NCBI GenBank assembly: GCA_963842525.1
Contig: CAWJGT010000003.1
Coordinates: 832,001 to 896,000, forward strand
Direction of reading: 5' to 3'
Length of the DNA: 64,000 nt
Source of the DNA: an uncultured Holophagales bacterium
GTDB lineage: Bacteria; Acidobacteriota; Thermoanaerobaculia; Multivoradales; UBA5704
Every line of letters begins with the position of its first letter. The first letter of the stretch is position 1. The translations under genes and the position numbers were made by a program. The notes beneath the pieces were generated by a model. The model searched no databases and was not told the DNA's origin. It saw nothing but the letters and a program-made list of their open reading frames with translations. Of this stretch, positions 20,357 to 31,263 are shown one piece after another.

Positions 20357-21415
20357 TCAGCCGAACAGCGACATCTGCTCGCCCGGCCGCCGGAAGGCGG
20401 CGGTCGACAGCTCGGGAAAGGGACCGTCGAGGCCGTAGCGCTTTTTGAAGGTCTGGAAGGTGGCGCGGATCTGGTCGGCGAAGATCCCTTCCCCCCGCAT
20501 CCGGCTGCCGAAGCGCGGGTCGTTGACCTTCCCGCTCCGCAGGTCCCGGACCCGGTTGAGGACTTTGTCCTTGCGGTCCGGGAAGTGCTCTTCGAGCCAG
20601 GTCTCGAACAGGCCGGCCACCGCTCCAGGCAGCCGCATCACGACATAGCCCGCGGTTCGCGCTCCGGCTGCTGCTGCGGCCTCCAGGATCTTCGGCATCT
20701 CGTGGTCGGTGATCGCGGGCACGACCGGCGCGACCATGACCCCCACGGGGATGCCCGCCGCGGCCAGCCGTTCGACGGCCTTCAGGCGGTCCCGCGGGTG
20801 GGAGGCCCGCGGCTCCATCCGCCGGGCGACCTCGGGGTCGAGCGTGGTGATCGACACCATGACCGCGGCGGCCTGGTGCTCGGCGAGCGCCTGTAGGTGG
20901 TCGATGTCGCGCGTCACGAGCTCGTTCTTGGTGATGACCCCCACCGGGTTGCGGAATTCCGCCAGGACGGCGAGGCACCGGCGGGTGATCTCCAGCTTGC
21001 GCTCGACCGGCTGGTAGGGGTCCGTCACCCCGCTCATCGCCAGCGTCTGGGGCTTCCAACTCCGGGACGAAAGCTCCTTGCGCAGCAGCTCCGGCGCGTC
21101 CTCCTTGACCAGGATGCGGCTCTCGAAGTCGAGCCCGGCCGAGAAGCCCAGGTATTCGTGGGTGGGCCGGGCATAGCAATAGATGCAGCCGTGCTCGCAG
21201 CCACGGTAGGGGTTGATCGAGGCGTCGAAACCCACGTCCGGGCTGTCGTTGTACGTGATGATCGACCGCGAGCCGTCGCGCAGCAGCTCGGTTTCCACCC
21301 GCTCGGGGCCGGGCACCTCCAGCTCGACCGAGATGCGCTCGAACCGGTTCATCGGGTTCTCCGCCGCGCCGCGGCCCCTGGGAGAGACGGGTGGAGGGGT
21401 CGAAACGTCCGCCAT
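20357..21415 (-). CDS. Radical SAM protein, PA0069/Rv2578c family
   Basis: INPYRGCEHGCIYCYARPTHEYLG, TDPYQP, QMSLF C-terminus. Confidence 0.9.
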   Translation of the reverse strand: MADVSTPPPVSPRGRGAAENPMNRFERISVELEVPGPERVETELLRDGSRSIITYNDSPDVGFDASINPYRGCEHGCIYCYARPTHEYLGFSAGLDFESRILVKEDAPELLRKELSSRSWKPQTLAMSGVTDPYQPVERKLEITRRCLAVLAEFRNPVGVITKNELVTRDIDHLQALAEHQAAAVMVSITTLDPEVARRMEPRASHPRDRLKAVERLAAAGIPVGVMVAPVVPAITDHEMPKILEAAAAAGARTAGYVVMRLPGAVAGLFETWLEEHFPDRKDKVLNRVRDLRSGKVNDPRFGSRMRGEGIFADQIRATFQTFKKRYGLDGPFPELSTAAFRRPGEQMSLFG

Positions 21416-21571
21416 GGGCGCATTCTACCAGTTGCGCCCTGTTTGCGCTACTTCGGCAGAGCTTCGCCTGAGCTCCGCCCCGTCCTGATCTTCCTCGGCT
21501 TCCTCGGATCTGTCGACCCCGATTTGGGCCCGAATCCGATATCCTGGTGAGATCCTGACTTGGAGGTCCCC

Positions 21572-22969
21572 ATGCGGAAAGCTCTCTGGATCGGAGCCGT
21601 TCTCGTCGTTTTGCTCGGTGCCGCGGCGGTGGCCGTCATCTTCGTGGACTTCGACTCGCCGCAGCTTGGGCAGCGGCTGCTCGCCGAGGTGAGCCGGCAG
21701 GCCGGCGTCCAGCTCCAGGCCGAGGGTTTTCACCTGAACCTGGCCCGCGGGCTGCGTCTGGAGAACGTCCGCTTCGAGACGGCCAGCCCCGCGGGCCGGC
21801 TCACCGTCACGGCCGCCGGGCTCGTCGCCGAGCACCGTTTGGCTCCGCTGCTGCGCGGCAAGGTGGAGATCGACCGTGTGGTCCTCTACGCGCCGCGGAT
21901 CGAGCTGGTGACTCCGCCGGAATCGGGAGCTCCACCCGTCCCCCTACCAGTCGAGGCCGGAGTCGCCCTGGCCGAGACTTCCGCCGCGGCCGTCCCTGAA
22001 GAGGCAGGTGGCGGAGTGGACCTGCGGGTCGACCGCATCCATTTGAAGGATGGCGTCCTGATCACGCGCACCGAGGGGCTGCCGGCGCCGGACGTGGAGA
22101 TCCGCGGCCTGGAGGTCGAGCTGCAGGGCCTTTCGATGGATCCGGCTGCGAAAACCCCGCTCCAGGGTCTTCATGCGGCCGGCGACCTGCGCATGGCCGA
22201 GGTTCTCCTCGGCACCCTGCGGGCCGTCGAAGGGCAGGGCCGCCTCGCCCTCGACGGCGGGCACTTCCTGTTGAAGGACTATTTGCTGCGGCTGAACGAG
22301 GGCCGGTTCCTGCTGTCGGACTTCGACGCCGACCTGAACCGCGATCCGTTCGCCTACCGGTTCGCCTGCCGGATCGAGCCGCTGGACACCAACACCGTCC
22401 TTGCCGCCGGCCCGAACGGCGGCTTCGGTCCCGGCCTGCTGGTCTTCACGGCCGAGGGGACCGGCACCGAGACGCAGGACCTCGCCGGCCAGGGCACCCT
22501 GTCCATCGCGGCAGGGAAGGTGCCGGGCTCTCCCCTGTTCAAGGCTCTGGAGCTGACCCTCGGGCGGGTGACCCTGAACGGCTCAGCCTACGACGCCTTC
22601 GCTGTCCCTTTCCGCATCCACCGCGACCGCCTGATCTTCGAGCCGTTCGAGCTGCGGACCTCGACCCTCGCGGTCAGTTTCGCGGGCTGGGCGGACATGG
22701 CCGGTCCCGTCGACCTCCGCGTGGCCGTGAAGGCGCCGCGCGAGCTTGTGTCGCTGGCGCGTGTGCCGCCCCGGGTACTCGACCTGGTGAGCCAGAACGG
22801 CCAGGTGACCGTGCCGCTCCGCGTTTCGGGCGCCCTGGAAAGCCCGCGGGTGACCCCCGATGCGGAAGCATTGCGGGCAATCGGAGGCCACGCCGTCGGG
22901 GAGGCCGTGCGGCAGGGAGCCCAGCGCGTGGTCGGCAAGGCGCTCGGCAAGCTCTTCAACCGCCATTGA
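21572..22969 (+). CDS. AsmA-like envelope protein
   Basis: N-terminal membrane anchor, beta-rich body, VPLRVSGALESPRV C-terminal pattern. Confidence 0.7.
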   Translation: MRKALWIGAVLVVLLGAAAVAVIFVDFDSPQLGQRLLAEVSRQAGVQLQAEGFHLNLARGLRLENVRFETASPAGRLTVTAAGLVAEHRLAPLLRGKVEIDRVVLYAPRIELVTPPESGAPPVPLPVEAGVALAETSAAAVPEEAGGGVDLRVDRIHLKDGVLITRTEGLPAPDVEIRGLEVELQGLSMDPAAKTPLQGLHAAGDLRMAEVLLGTLRAVEGQGRLALDGGHFLLKDYLLRLNEGRFLLSDFDADLNRDPFAYRFACRIEPLDTNTVLAAGPNGGFGPGLLVFTAEGTGTETQDLAGQGTLSIAAGKVPGSPLFKALELTLGRVTLNGSAYDAFAVPFRIHRDRLIFEPFELRTSTLAVSFAGWADMAGPVDLRVAVKAPRELVSLARVPPRVLDLVSQNGQVTVPLRVSGALESPRVTPDAEALRAIGGHAVGEAVRQGAQRVVGKALGKLFNRH

Positions 22970-23064
22970 GAGCACGGCCGGCGAGGGGACCGGAATTCCG
23001 CTGTGCTAGCATGCCGGCCCGGTTGTTCCAGAAGACTGTTGAACAGGAAAAGAGAGGAGACGAC

Positions 23065-23271
23065 ATGAGAAAGCTGTTGCTTTGCCTCGGAGTCACCGCC
23101 ATCTGTCTGTTCCTGACGAGTCCCCCGAGCCAGGCCGTTCCACCCATTCTGGCTCCGATCTGCCTGGACTATTGCTGCTACTCCAGTGCGGCGACCTCGA
23201 CCACCAAGTGCTGGCACAACAGCGTTCTCAGGACCTGCGGCTGGTACTGGCAGAACTACGAATGCCCCTGA
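23065..23271 (+). CDS. Small secreted cysteine-rich peptide (68 aa)
   Basis: gaggag RBS; signal peptide MRKLLLCLG...SQA; 44-aa mature part with 6 Cys. Confidence 0.7.
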   Translation: MRKLLLCLGVTAICLFLTSPPSQAVPPILAPICLDYCCYSSAATSTTKCWHNSVLRTCGWYWQNYECP

Positions 23272-23417
23272 GCTGGCGCCCGCCGCTCGAGAGCTAGCCG
23301 CCTGCATTCCCTGGCAGGGCGTCCCCGCGCGGCGCCCTGCCAGCCTGAGTGGTCCGTCCGCCCCGTTGACCCCGCCCGCCCCCTTCCCATAGCCTGACCC
23401 TGACGAAAGGGGGAACC

Positions 23418-24200
23418 TTGGTCCGTACCTACAGCTCCTATTTGCGGCTCGACGAGCTCCTGAGCCTCCAGACGCCGGCCTCGGAGGGACCGGAGCACGA
23501 CGAGACGCTGTTCATCGTCATCCACCAGGTCTACGAGCTCTGGTTCAAGCAAGTCCTCCATGAGACCGACCTGCTGCGGCGCAGCCTGGAAACCGGCGAC
23601 GCGCCGCGGGCCCTCTCCACGTTCAAGCGGATCCTGACGATCTTCAAGACCCTCGTCGCCCAGGTGGACGTCCTGGAGACCATGACGCCGATTTCGTTCA
23701 ACAGCTTCCGCTATCGCCTCGACAGCGCCAGCGGCTTCCAGTCCGCCCAGTTCCGGCTCATCGAGTACGCCTTCGGCCACCGCCGGCCCGAGGTCCTCAA
23801 ATGGATGCCCGAAGGGAGCGCGGAGCTGCGGCGCCTGGAGGAAGAGATGCGCCGGCCGAGCCTCTATGCCTCCTTCCTCCGCTTCCTCGACTCGAACCAT
23901 TATCCGATCCCCACCGACATCCTGGAGCGCGATCCCGCTCTGCCGGCCCCGGAGGACGAGCGGGTCCAGAAGCTCCTGATCCAGATCTATCGCGAGGACC
24001 CCGCCAACCGCGAGGTCTGCGAGCGGATGGTCGACCTCGACGAAGGGCTTCAGGAGTGGCGGTACCGCCACATCAAGATGGTGCAGCGGACGATCGGCGC
24101 GAAGATGGGCACAGGCGGTTCCGCGGGGTCCGAGTACCTGGCGAGCACGCTCTTCAAGGCTCTGTTCCCCGACCTCTGGACGATCCGGTCGTCGCTGTAG
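23418..24200 (+). CDS. kynA: Tryptophan 2,3-dioxygenase
   Basis: YSSYLRLDELL, HDETLFIVIHQVYELWFK, SGFQSAQFR, RTIGAKMGTGGS. Confidence 0.93.
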   Translation: MVRTYSSYLRLDELLSLQTPASEGPEHDETLFIVIHQVYELWFKQVLHETDLLRRSLETGDAPRALSTFKRILTIFKTLVAQVDVLETMTPISFNSFRYRLDSASGFQSAQFRLIEYAFGHRRPEVLKWMPEGSAELRRLEEEMRRPSLYASFLRFLDSNHYPIPTDILERDPALPAPEDERVQKLLIQIYREDPANREVCERMVDLDEGLQEWRYRHIKMVQRTIGAKMGTGGSAGSEYLASTLFKALFPDLWTIRSSL

Positions 24201-24239
24201 CCGGCTTGGCTTCAGCTCACCCCGGCTGGCGCGTTTCGG

Positions 24240-26682
24240 TCATTCCCGCAGGGCCCTCAGCGGATCGAGCCGCGCCGCCCGGCGGGCCGGCAGCCAGCAG
24301 GCGGAGAGGGCCACCAGGGCGAGGACGGCGGGCACGCTCACGAAGGTGAGCGGATCGGTGGCCTCGATGCCGAAGAGCAGGCTCGCCAGCACCCGCGTCA
24401 GCCCGAACGCGCCGAGCAGGCCGACGGCCACGCCTATGGCCGTCAGTCCCATGCCCTGGCGCAGGATCAGGTGGAGGATGTCCTGCGAACGCGCCCCGAC
24501 CGCCATGCGGATGCCGATCTCACGCACCCGCAACGTCACCGTATAGCGGAGCAGGCCGAAGAGCCCGATCACCGCCACGCCCAGGCCGAGCAGGCCGAAC
24601 AGCCCGGCGATCTCGGCGTGCATCCGCGGCTGGACGAGGCTGCGGCGCATCTGCTCGCGGACGGTGCTCAGCTCGACCACCGAGACGTCCGAATGGACGG
24701 TCCGCAGCGCCTTGCGCAGCGGCGGGATCACGGTCGCCGGCGAAGCCGCGGTGCGCACCAGCAGCGTCATCCGCGAGTGCCGCCGCTGGAGGGACGAGAA
24801 ATAGAGGAAGGGCTTGGGAGGCTCGACGAGCGACTGGCGGACGTCGGCGGCCACGCCGATCACCTCGAACCGGGGACCGGGCTCGCCGGGCTTGGGCGGA
24901 TCGGTCACGGTGAGGATGCGTCCTACGGGGTTGGCATCGCCCCAGAGCCGGCGCGCCAGCTCGCGGCTGACCACGACCACGCCCGGGCTGTCCCTGCGGT
25001 CGCGGCGGTCCAGGGCCCGCCCCAGCAGGACCGGGACCCGGGTGGTCTCGAAAAAGCCGCGGGCGACCAGGTTGTAGCCCGCCTCGAGCGGCTTGCCCGG
25101 TCCCTCGCCGCTGGTGACCTGCGTGGCGCGGAACCAGCCGGCGAGCGGCGTGACATGCGCGAGGCTGGCGGAGGTCACGCCCGGCACCGCGCTGGCCGCC
25201 TCCAGGACCCGCTGATAGACGGCATGCCCATCCTCGCCCGGCGCCGTATTACGCGGCAGATAGAACGTGACGGACACAATGTTGTCCATGTCGAAGCCCG
25301 GGTCCACCTGCTGCGCGTAGCGCAGCGTGCGCACCAGCAGGCTCCCGCCAAGCAGCAGGAGCACCGAGAGCGCCACCTGGGCGATCACCAGGACCTTGCG
25401 CAGCGTGAGAGCTCGCGTCGGAGCCGCCGTTCCGCCGCTCTCGCTCTTGAGGACGACCAGCAGGTCCCGCCGCACGCCCTGGAGCACCGGGGCCAGCCCG
25501 CAGAGGAGGGCACAGGCGCACGTGACCAGCAGCACGAAGGCGAAGGCCCTGCCGTCCAGCCGGACGAGCTCGTCCCCTTCTCCCCAGTTGCCGAGGCCGC
25601 CGGGCGCGGTCATCACATAGTCCTCGATCCGGCGAGCCAGAAAGGCGGCGAAGGCGATGCCCAGCGCTCCGCCCGCGGTGCAGAGCAGCAGGCTCTCCGC
25701 CATTACCCCGCCCAGCAGCCGCATCCGGCCGGCGCCGAGGGCGGCGCGGATGCCCCACTCGCGCTGCCGCTCCACCGCCCGGGCGAGCAGGAGATTGGCC
25801 ACGTTGGCGCATCCCAGGAGCAGGAAGAGCACCGCGGCCGCGAGCAGGACACGAGCCGCGATGAGAAGCGGATTCGGGCCCCAGCCTTCGTCGAATCGTG
25901 TCGCCGGCACGAGTGCGGGACGGCGCTTGGCGCTCTGTGCGAGGGGAAACACTTCGTCCAGAGCGCGCCCGGCGAGATCCAGCTCGGCCTGGGCCTGCGC
26001 CGGGGTGATCGCCGGGGCGATCCGGCCGAGGACCTGGAGCCAGTGCGATTCCGGATCGGCGAGCCGCGCCACCCCCGTCACCTCGTCGGTCTGGGCCATC
26101 GGCACATACACCGCCGAGGCGAGGCCCGCACCCTGGTGGCCCTCTTCGACCACGCCGACGACGTGGAAGTCCAATCCGTTGATCCGGATCTGCCGGCCCA
26201 CCACCTCCGGATCACCGCCGAGGGTCCCCTGCCAGAAGAAATGCCCGAGCACCGCGACCCGCTCGGCGCCCGGCCGGTCGTCCTCGGGCTGGAGGAGCCG
26301 GCCCAGCGCAGGCCGGGTGGAGAAGAACGGGAAATAGCCTCCAGTGACCGTCTGCGTCCACGCGAATGTCGTCGTCTCGCCCTGTCCGACCGAGGCGCCG
26401 AACCGCGAATAGGCCACGAAATCCTGGACCGCCTTCTGGAGCCTGGGGAGCTCCTGGAGGCTCCGGGTAGGAAACCGTGCCGCGCGGCTCCTCCGCCGTC
26501 CCCAGGTAGACCCACACCGTCCGCTCCGGGTCGGGACCGTCGATCCGCGGCCGCAGCATGGCGATCAGATAGGCGAACAGAGCCGTGCTCGCGCCAATCC
26601 CCAGCGCCAGCGTCAGCACGATCATCAGAGACATGCCAGGCTGCCGGGCAAGCGAACGCAAAGCCGTCATGACATGCCGCAT
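24240..26682 (-). CDS. ADOP/MacB-like duplicated ABC permease, frameshift near 26450
   Basis: TLALGIGASTALF, CANVANLLLARA, REWGIRAALGA, REIGIRMAVGA, ARRAARLDPLRALRE. Confidence 0.88.
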
Positions 26683-26780
26683 GGGGCTCCCTCCAAGTCA
26701 TCCAGGATGGTTCTACGGAGGAGGACTGTAGCACGTCGCGGGCTGTTGCATCGATGCGCAAGAAGCGAGCTGTAGTATCT

Positions 26781-26861
26781 TTCCGCCGCGACTGGAACAA
26801 ATACCGGGCCTACATCCAGGACAATCCACATCGCTGGAAACACAACCCAAAGACACCGTAG
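26781..26861 (+). pseudogene. 3' remnant of a REP-associated tyrosine (Y1/RAYT) transposase
   Basis: Translates FRRDWNKYRAYIQDNPHRWKHNPKTP*, matching the YIxxNPxxW motif; a GTAG-initiated repeat follows. Confidence 0.55.
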
Positions 26862-26873
26862 TCACCATAGATG

Positions 26874-27221
26874 CCGTAGAGACGCCCTAGTCCACGACCA
26901 CTGCCCTTTTGGGTACCACAGCGGCCAGGGCGTCTCCGGTCTTGCGATACCGTTTCGGACCGTCACCGGGCGGGGTGGATTGCACCTGTACCACCACGGC
27001 CAGGGTGTCTCCTTCATTTATCGCGATACCGTTCCGGACGGTCACCGGGCGGAGGCACCCGCAACGCGAAATCCGATCGGCTGTCGCCAAAACGCCACCA
27101 ACCCCGGGGCAGGCGGATGTCGGGGACATGATGAAATGTTCGTGGTGGCGGGGGCCGGAGACGCCCTGGCCGCGGTGGTAGCCGATAGGGTTGTGGTCGT
27201 GGACTAGGGCGTCTTCTACGG
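26874..27221. mobile_element. REPIN/MITE-like element with ~28-bp terminal inverted repeats
   Basis: ccgtagagacgccctagtccacgaccac ... gtggtcgtggactagggcgtcttctacgg; inner IR ggccagggcgtctcc/ggagacgccctggcc; internal ~75-80-bp degenerate direct repeat. Confidence 0.7.
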
Positions 27222-27272
27222 GTGCCGACGTGGGGGAATGGATTCCGGTGGGTGATATAGCATGATCGGACC

Positions 27273-28774
27273 ATGAACCTCCACGACCTCTTCTCGATCG
27301 CGGTCGCCCGCAACCCGGGCAAGGCGGCGCTTCGCTTCGCCGCGGACGGGACCGTGAACGATCTCTCCTACCAGGAGCTGTTCGCCGCCGCGGACCGCCT
27401 GGCCGCCGGCCTCTTGGCGCGCGGGGTGGAGAAGGGGGACCGGGTCGCCTTTTTTCTGGGCAACCGGCCGGAATTCGTGACCGCCTACCTCGCCGTGCTG
27501 CGGATCGGCGCGGTGATGGTGCCGATCAACCTCGCCTACCGGCGCCGCGAGATCGGCCACATGCTGCGCGACGCCGCGCCGCGTCTTCTGCTGACCGAAC
27601 GGGCCCACCTGCCCATCCTGGACGAGGTGGACGAGGAGGACAGGCGCAGCATCGAGGAGATCCTCCTTGCCGAGGATGTCAACGGCGGCGATCCGGCAGG
27701 CCTTACGATGCCCCGGGTCGAGGGAAGCGACCTGGCGATGCTCCTCTATACCTCGGGCACCACCGGCCGCAGCAAGGGGGCGATGATCACCCACGACAAC
27801 GTGATGGCGACCGTCACCGGCCTTCTCGCCGCCTGGGCCTGGCAGGCGGACGACTCCCTGCTGCTCTCGCTGCCCCTCTTCCACACCCACGGCCTCGTCG
27901 TGGGCCTGACCTGCGCGCTGACCGCCGGGGCCACCGTCCTGCTGCGGCGCAAGTTCGACGCCGCCGAGGCGGTTCGCGACCTGCTCGGCGGCGAGCCGAC
28001 CCTCTTCTTCGGCGTCCCCACCATGTACGTGCGGCTGGTCGAGGAGCTGCGGCAGGACCGCCGGACCGTTCGGCCCTCCGGCGGATGCGCCTTTTCTGCT
28101 CGGGGAGCGCCCCGCTCGCGCCGGAGACCTTCGAAGCCTTCCGCGAGCTGACCGGCCACGCGATCCTCGAACGCTACGGCATGACCGAGACCGGTATGAA
28201 CCTGAGCAATCCCTACGCGGGAACGCGCCGGCCGGGCACCGTGGGCACGCCGCTCCCCGGCGTCTCGGCCCGCATCGTCGACGCCCAGGGCCAGGACGTG
28301 CCGCCGGGTTCGGAAGGCGAGCTCCTGGTGCGCGGCAGCAATGTTTTTTCAGGCTACTGGCAGGCGCCGGAGAAGACCGCCGAGAGCTTCCTCCACGACG
28401 ACCTCGGCCGCCGCTGGTTCCGCACCGGCGACCTCGCCCGGCAGGAGATGGAAGACGGTTATTACACGCTCCTCGGCCGCCGCCACGAATTGATCATCTC
28501 GGGCGGCTTCAACATCTATCCGCGCGAGATCGAAGAAGTCCTGACCTCCTTCCCCGGCGTCAAAGAAGCCGCGGTCGCCGGCCGGCCCCATCCCGAGTGG
28601 GGCGAAGTGCCGGCCGCTTTCCTGGTCGTCGACGGATCGATCGAAGAGGCCGAGCTGATCGATTTCTGCAAGCGCCAGCTCGCCAGCTTCAAGGTGCCGC
28701 GGACGGTTTGTTATGTCGACGCCCTGCCCAGGAACGCACTGGGCAAGGTGCAGAAACACCTGCTGCCGAAGTAG
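27273..28774 (+). CDS. Acyl-CoA synthetase, malonyl-CoA synthetase (MatB)-like; frameshift near 28070
   Basis: LYTSGTTGRSKG, LPLFHTHGL, ERYGMTETGMNLSNPY, PRNALGKVQK. Confidence 0.8.
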
Positions 28775-28799
28775 GATTCCGCCCCAGGAGGATCGAGGC

Positions 28800-29246
28800 A
28801 TGTCCGGCGACGATCAGGATTTCAAGCAGGCGGTGGAGGCAGGAGACGGGATCTTCGTCCTGCGGGGCGGCGGCGACAAGAGCCGCTCCTGGAACGGCAT
28901 CCAGTACAAGACCGGCCTGTCGGCGAAGAACGTCAACGCGAAGAAGCTGTCGATGAACGTGGCAACCATTCCGCCGGGCGGAGTGGCCTACGCCCACATC
29001 CACGTCGACTTCGAGGTCATGCTGTACATCCTCGCGGGGCGGGTCCGGCACGAGTACGGCCCCGGCCTCACCAAGGTGGTCGACAACCAGGCCGGCGACT
29101 TCATCTTCATCGAGCCCGGCGTCCCGCACGAGGTCTTCAACCTGAGCGACACCGAGCCAGTCGTCGCCGTGGTCGCCCGTTCGGACGCCTCGGAGTGGGA
29201 GAACATCATCTCCTACGACCGGAGCCGCGGCGCCGCTCCCGTATAG
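28800..29246 (+). CDS. Cupin domain protein
   Basis: AHIHVDFE and GDFIFIEPGVPH cupin motifs; aggagg RBS. Confidence 0.85.
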   Translation: MSGDDQDFKQAVEAGDGIFVLRGGGDKSRSWNGIQYKTGLSAKNVNAKKLSMNVATIPPGGVAYAHIHVDFEVMLYILAGRVRHEYGPGLTKVVDNQAGDFIFIEPGVPHEVFNLSDTEPVVAVVARSDASEWENIISYDRSRGAAPV

Positions 29247-29291
29247 AATCGCGCTCCGGCACGAACCGCCGCAGCCCGAGGAGGACTCTGG

Positions 29292-30176
29292 ATGAAGCCA
29301 GCCCCGTTCGACTACCTCGCGCCGGACTCTCTGGAGTCCGCGCTGGACGCTCTCGCCCAGCACGGCGGCGAGGCCAAGATCCTGGCCGGCGGGCAGAGCC
29401 TGATCCCGGTGATGAATTTCCGGCTGGCCCAGCCCTCCATCCTCATCGACCTCAACAAGATCCACGAGCTCGACTTCGTCCGCCGTGGCGAGGACGGCGG
29501 CCTCTTGATCGGCGCCATGACCCGCCAGCGGCGGCTGGAGCGCGATCCTCTCGTGGCCGAGGCGGCGCCGCTGTTGCGCGAGGCGGTCCCCTGGATCGCC
29601 CATCCGCAGATCCGCAACCGCGGAACGCTCGGCGGCAGCCTCTCCCATGCGGATCCGGCGGCCGAGCTGCCGGCCCTTGCCGTGGCTCTTCGTGCCCGTC
29701 TGCGGCTCCGCAAGGCCGGCGGCGACCGCTGGGTCGATGCAAGCGACTTCTTCGCGGGGCTCTTCACCACCGCCCTGGAGCCGGACGAGATCCTGGTCGA
29801 GGCCGCGATCCCGCCGCTCCCTTCCCGCACCGGCTGGGCCTTCCTGGAGGTCGCCCGCCGTCACGGCGACTACGCCCAGGTCGGCCTGGCCGCCCTCGTC
29901 ACCCTGGGAGAGGATGACCGCTGTCGCGAGGCGCGGCTGGTCTTTCTCAGCGTTGGAGACGCGCCGGTCGAGGCCCGGGAGGCGGCCCGGCTCCTGGTGG
30001 GGGAGGAGATCTCGCCGCGGGCGATCGAAGCCGCGGCGGACAAGGCTTCGCGCGACGAGATGAACCCCCGCGGGGACGTCCATGCCAGCCCCGAGTTCAA
30101 GCGGCACCTGGCCCGTGTGCTCACCGGCCGGGCGCTGCGCCGGGCCGCCGAGCGGGCCCGCAACGGGAGATCCTGA
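29292..30176 (+). CDS. Molybdenum hydroxylase FAD subunit (CoxM-like)
   Basis: MKPAPFDY, AGGQSL, HPQIRNRGTLGGS, ADPAAE. Confidence 0.92.
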   Translation: MKPAPFDYLAPDSLESALDALAQHGGEAKILAGGQSLIPVMNFRLAQPSILIDLNKIHELDFVRRGEDGGLLIGAMTRQRRLERDPLVAEAAPLLREAVPWIAHPQIRNRGTLGGSLSHADPAAELPALAVALRARLRLRKAGGDRWVDASDFFAGLFTTALEPDEILVEAAIPPLPSRTGWAFLEVARRHGDYAQVGLAALVTLGEDDRCREARLVFLSVGDAPVEAREAARLLVGEEISPRAIEAAADKASRDEMNPRGDVHASPEFKRHLARVLTGRALRRAAERARNGRS

Positions 30177-30674
30177 ATGACGGCTCTCTACAAGGTCTCG
30201 GTCACGGTCAACGGCCGGCGCTACGAGCGCGAGGTCGAGCCGCGCCTGCTGCTGTCGGACTTCCTGCGCCACGAGCTGGGCCTGACCGGCACGCACGTGG
30301 GCTGCGAGCACGGGGTGTGCGGCGCCTGCACGATCCTCTTCGACGGCGAGCCGGCCCGCTCGTGCATCCTGCTGGCGGTCCAGGCGGACGGCCACGAGCT
30401 CACCACGGTCGAGGCGCTCGCGCCGGGGCCCGACCAGCTCCACCCCCTGCAGCAGGCCTTCTGGGAGTGCCACGGCCTCCAGTGCGGCTTCTGCACACCG
30501 GGCTTCCTCATGACCCTGGTGCCCTTCCTGGAGGAGAATTCCGACCCGTCCGAAGCCGAGATCCGCCAGGCCATCTCCGGCAACCTCTGCCGCTGCACGG
30601 GCTACCAGCACATCGTCGACGCGGTGAAGCTGGCCGCGGAACGGCGGCGTTCTCCGGGAGCGGCTACGGGATGA
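30177..30674 (+). CDS. Molybdenum hydroxylase 2Fe-2S subunit (CoxS-like)
   Basis: GCEHGVCGACT, QCGFCTPG, NLCRCTGY. Confidence 0.95.
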   Translation: MTALYKVSVTVNGRRYEREVEPRLLLSDFLRHELGLTGTHVGCEHGVCGACTILFDGEPARSCILLAVQADGHELTTVEALAPGPDQLHPLQQAFWECHGLQCGFCTPGFLMTLVPFLEENSDPSEAEIRQAISGNLCRCTGYQHIVDAVKLAAERRRSPGAATG

Positions 30675-30681
30675 TCGACCG

Positions 30682-31232
30682 ATGATCGACCTCGACCGCG
30701 TGGAGGCGCTCTTCGCCGAGCGTGAGCCCGAGGTCCGGGCTTTCCTTCCCGAGGAGGGACGGTTCGACCGCCTGCGCCGCGAGGCTGCGGCTCTCGAGGC
30801 CCGCTGGCCCGACCCGGAGCGCCGGCCCCCTCTCTTCGGCGTCCTCGCCGGCGTCAAGGACATCTTCCACGTGGACGGGTTCGAGACCGGCGGCGGCAGC
30901 CGGCTGCCGCCCGAGGTCCTCCGCGGCCCCGAAGCGGCGAGCGTGACGACGCTCCGCGCGGCCGGCGCCCTGATCCTCGGTAAGGCCGTCTCGACCGAGT
31001 TCGCCTATTTCGCGCCCGGTCCGACGCGCAACCCCTGGAACCCGGAGCACACGCCGGGTGGGTCGAGCAGCGGCTCGGCCGCCGCGGTCGGCGCCGGCCT
31101 CGCTCCCCTGGCGCTGGGCACCCAGACGATCGGCTCGATCATCCGCCCCGCCGCCTTCTGCGGAGCCGTGGGTTACAAGCCCAGCTACGAGCGGATCTGC
31201 GCCGCGGTGTGATTCCTCTGGCGCCGTCCTTC
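30682..31232 (+). pseudogene. Truncated amidase-signature protein (first copy)
   Basis: Close paralog of the N-terminal half of 34027-35259; similarity stops after GVIPLAPSF where the AT-richer insert begins. Confidence 0.85.
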
Positions 31233-31263
31233 GGGGCGACGTCGCTCCAGTGGGGTCCAATGG

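Noticed and set aside
20357-21415. Radical SAM enzyme as maturase of the adjacent Cys-rich peptide
   Set aside because: Convergent orientation, PA0069-type sequence, no visible SPASM cysteines or RiPP recognition element
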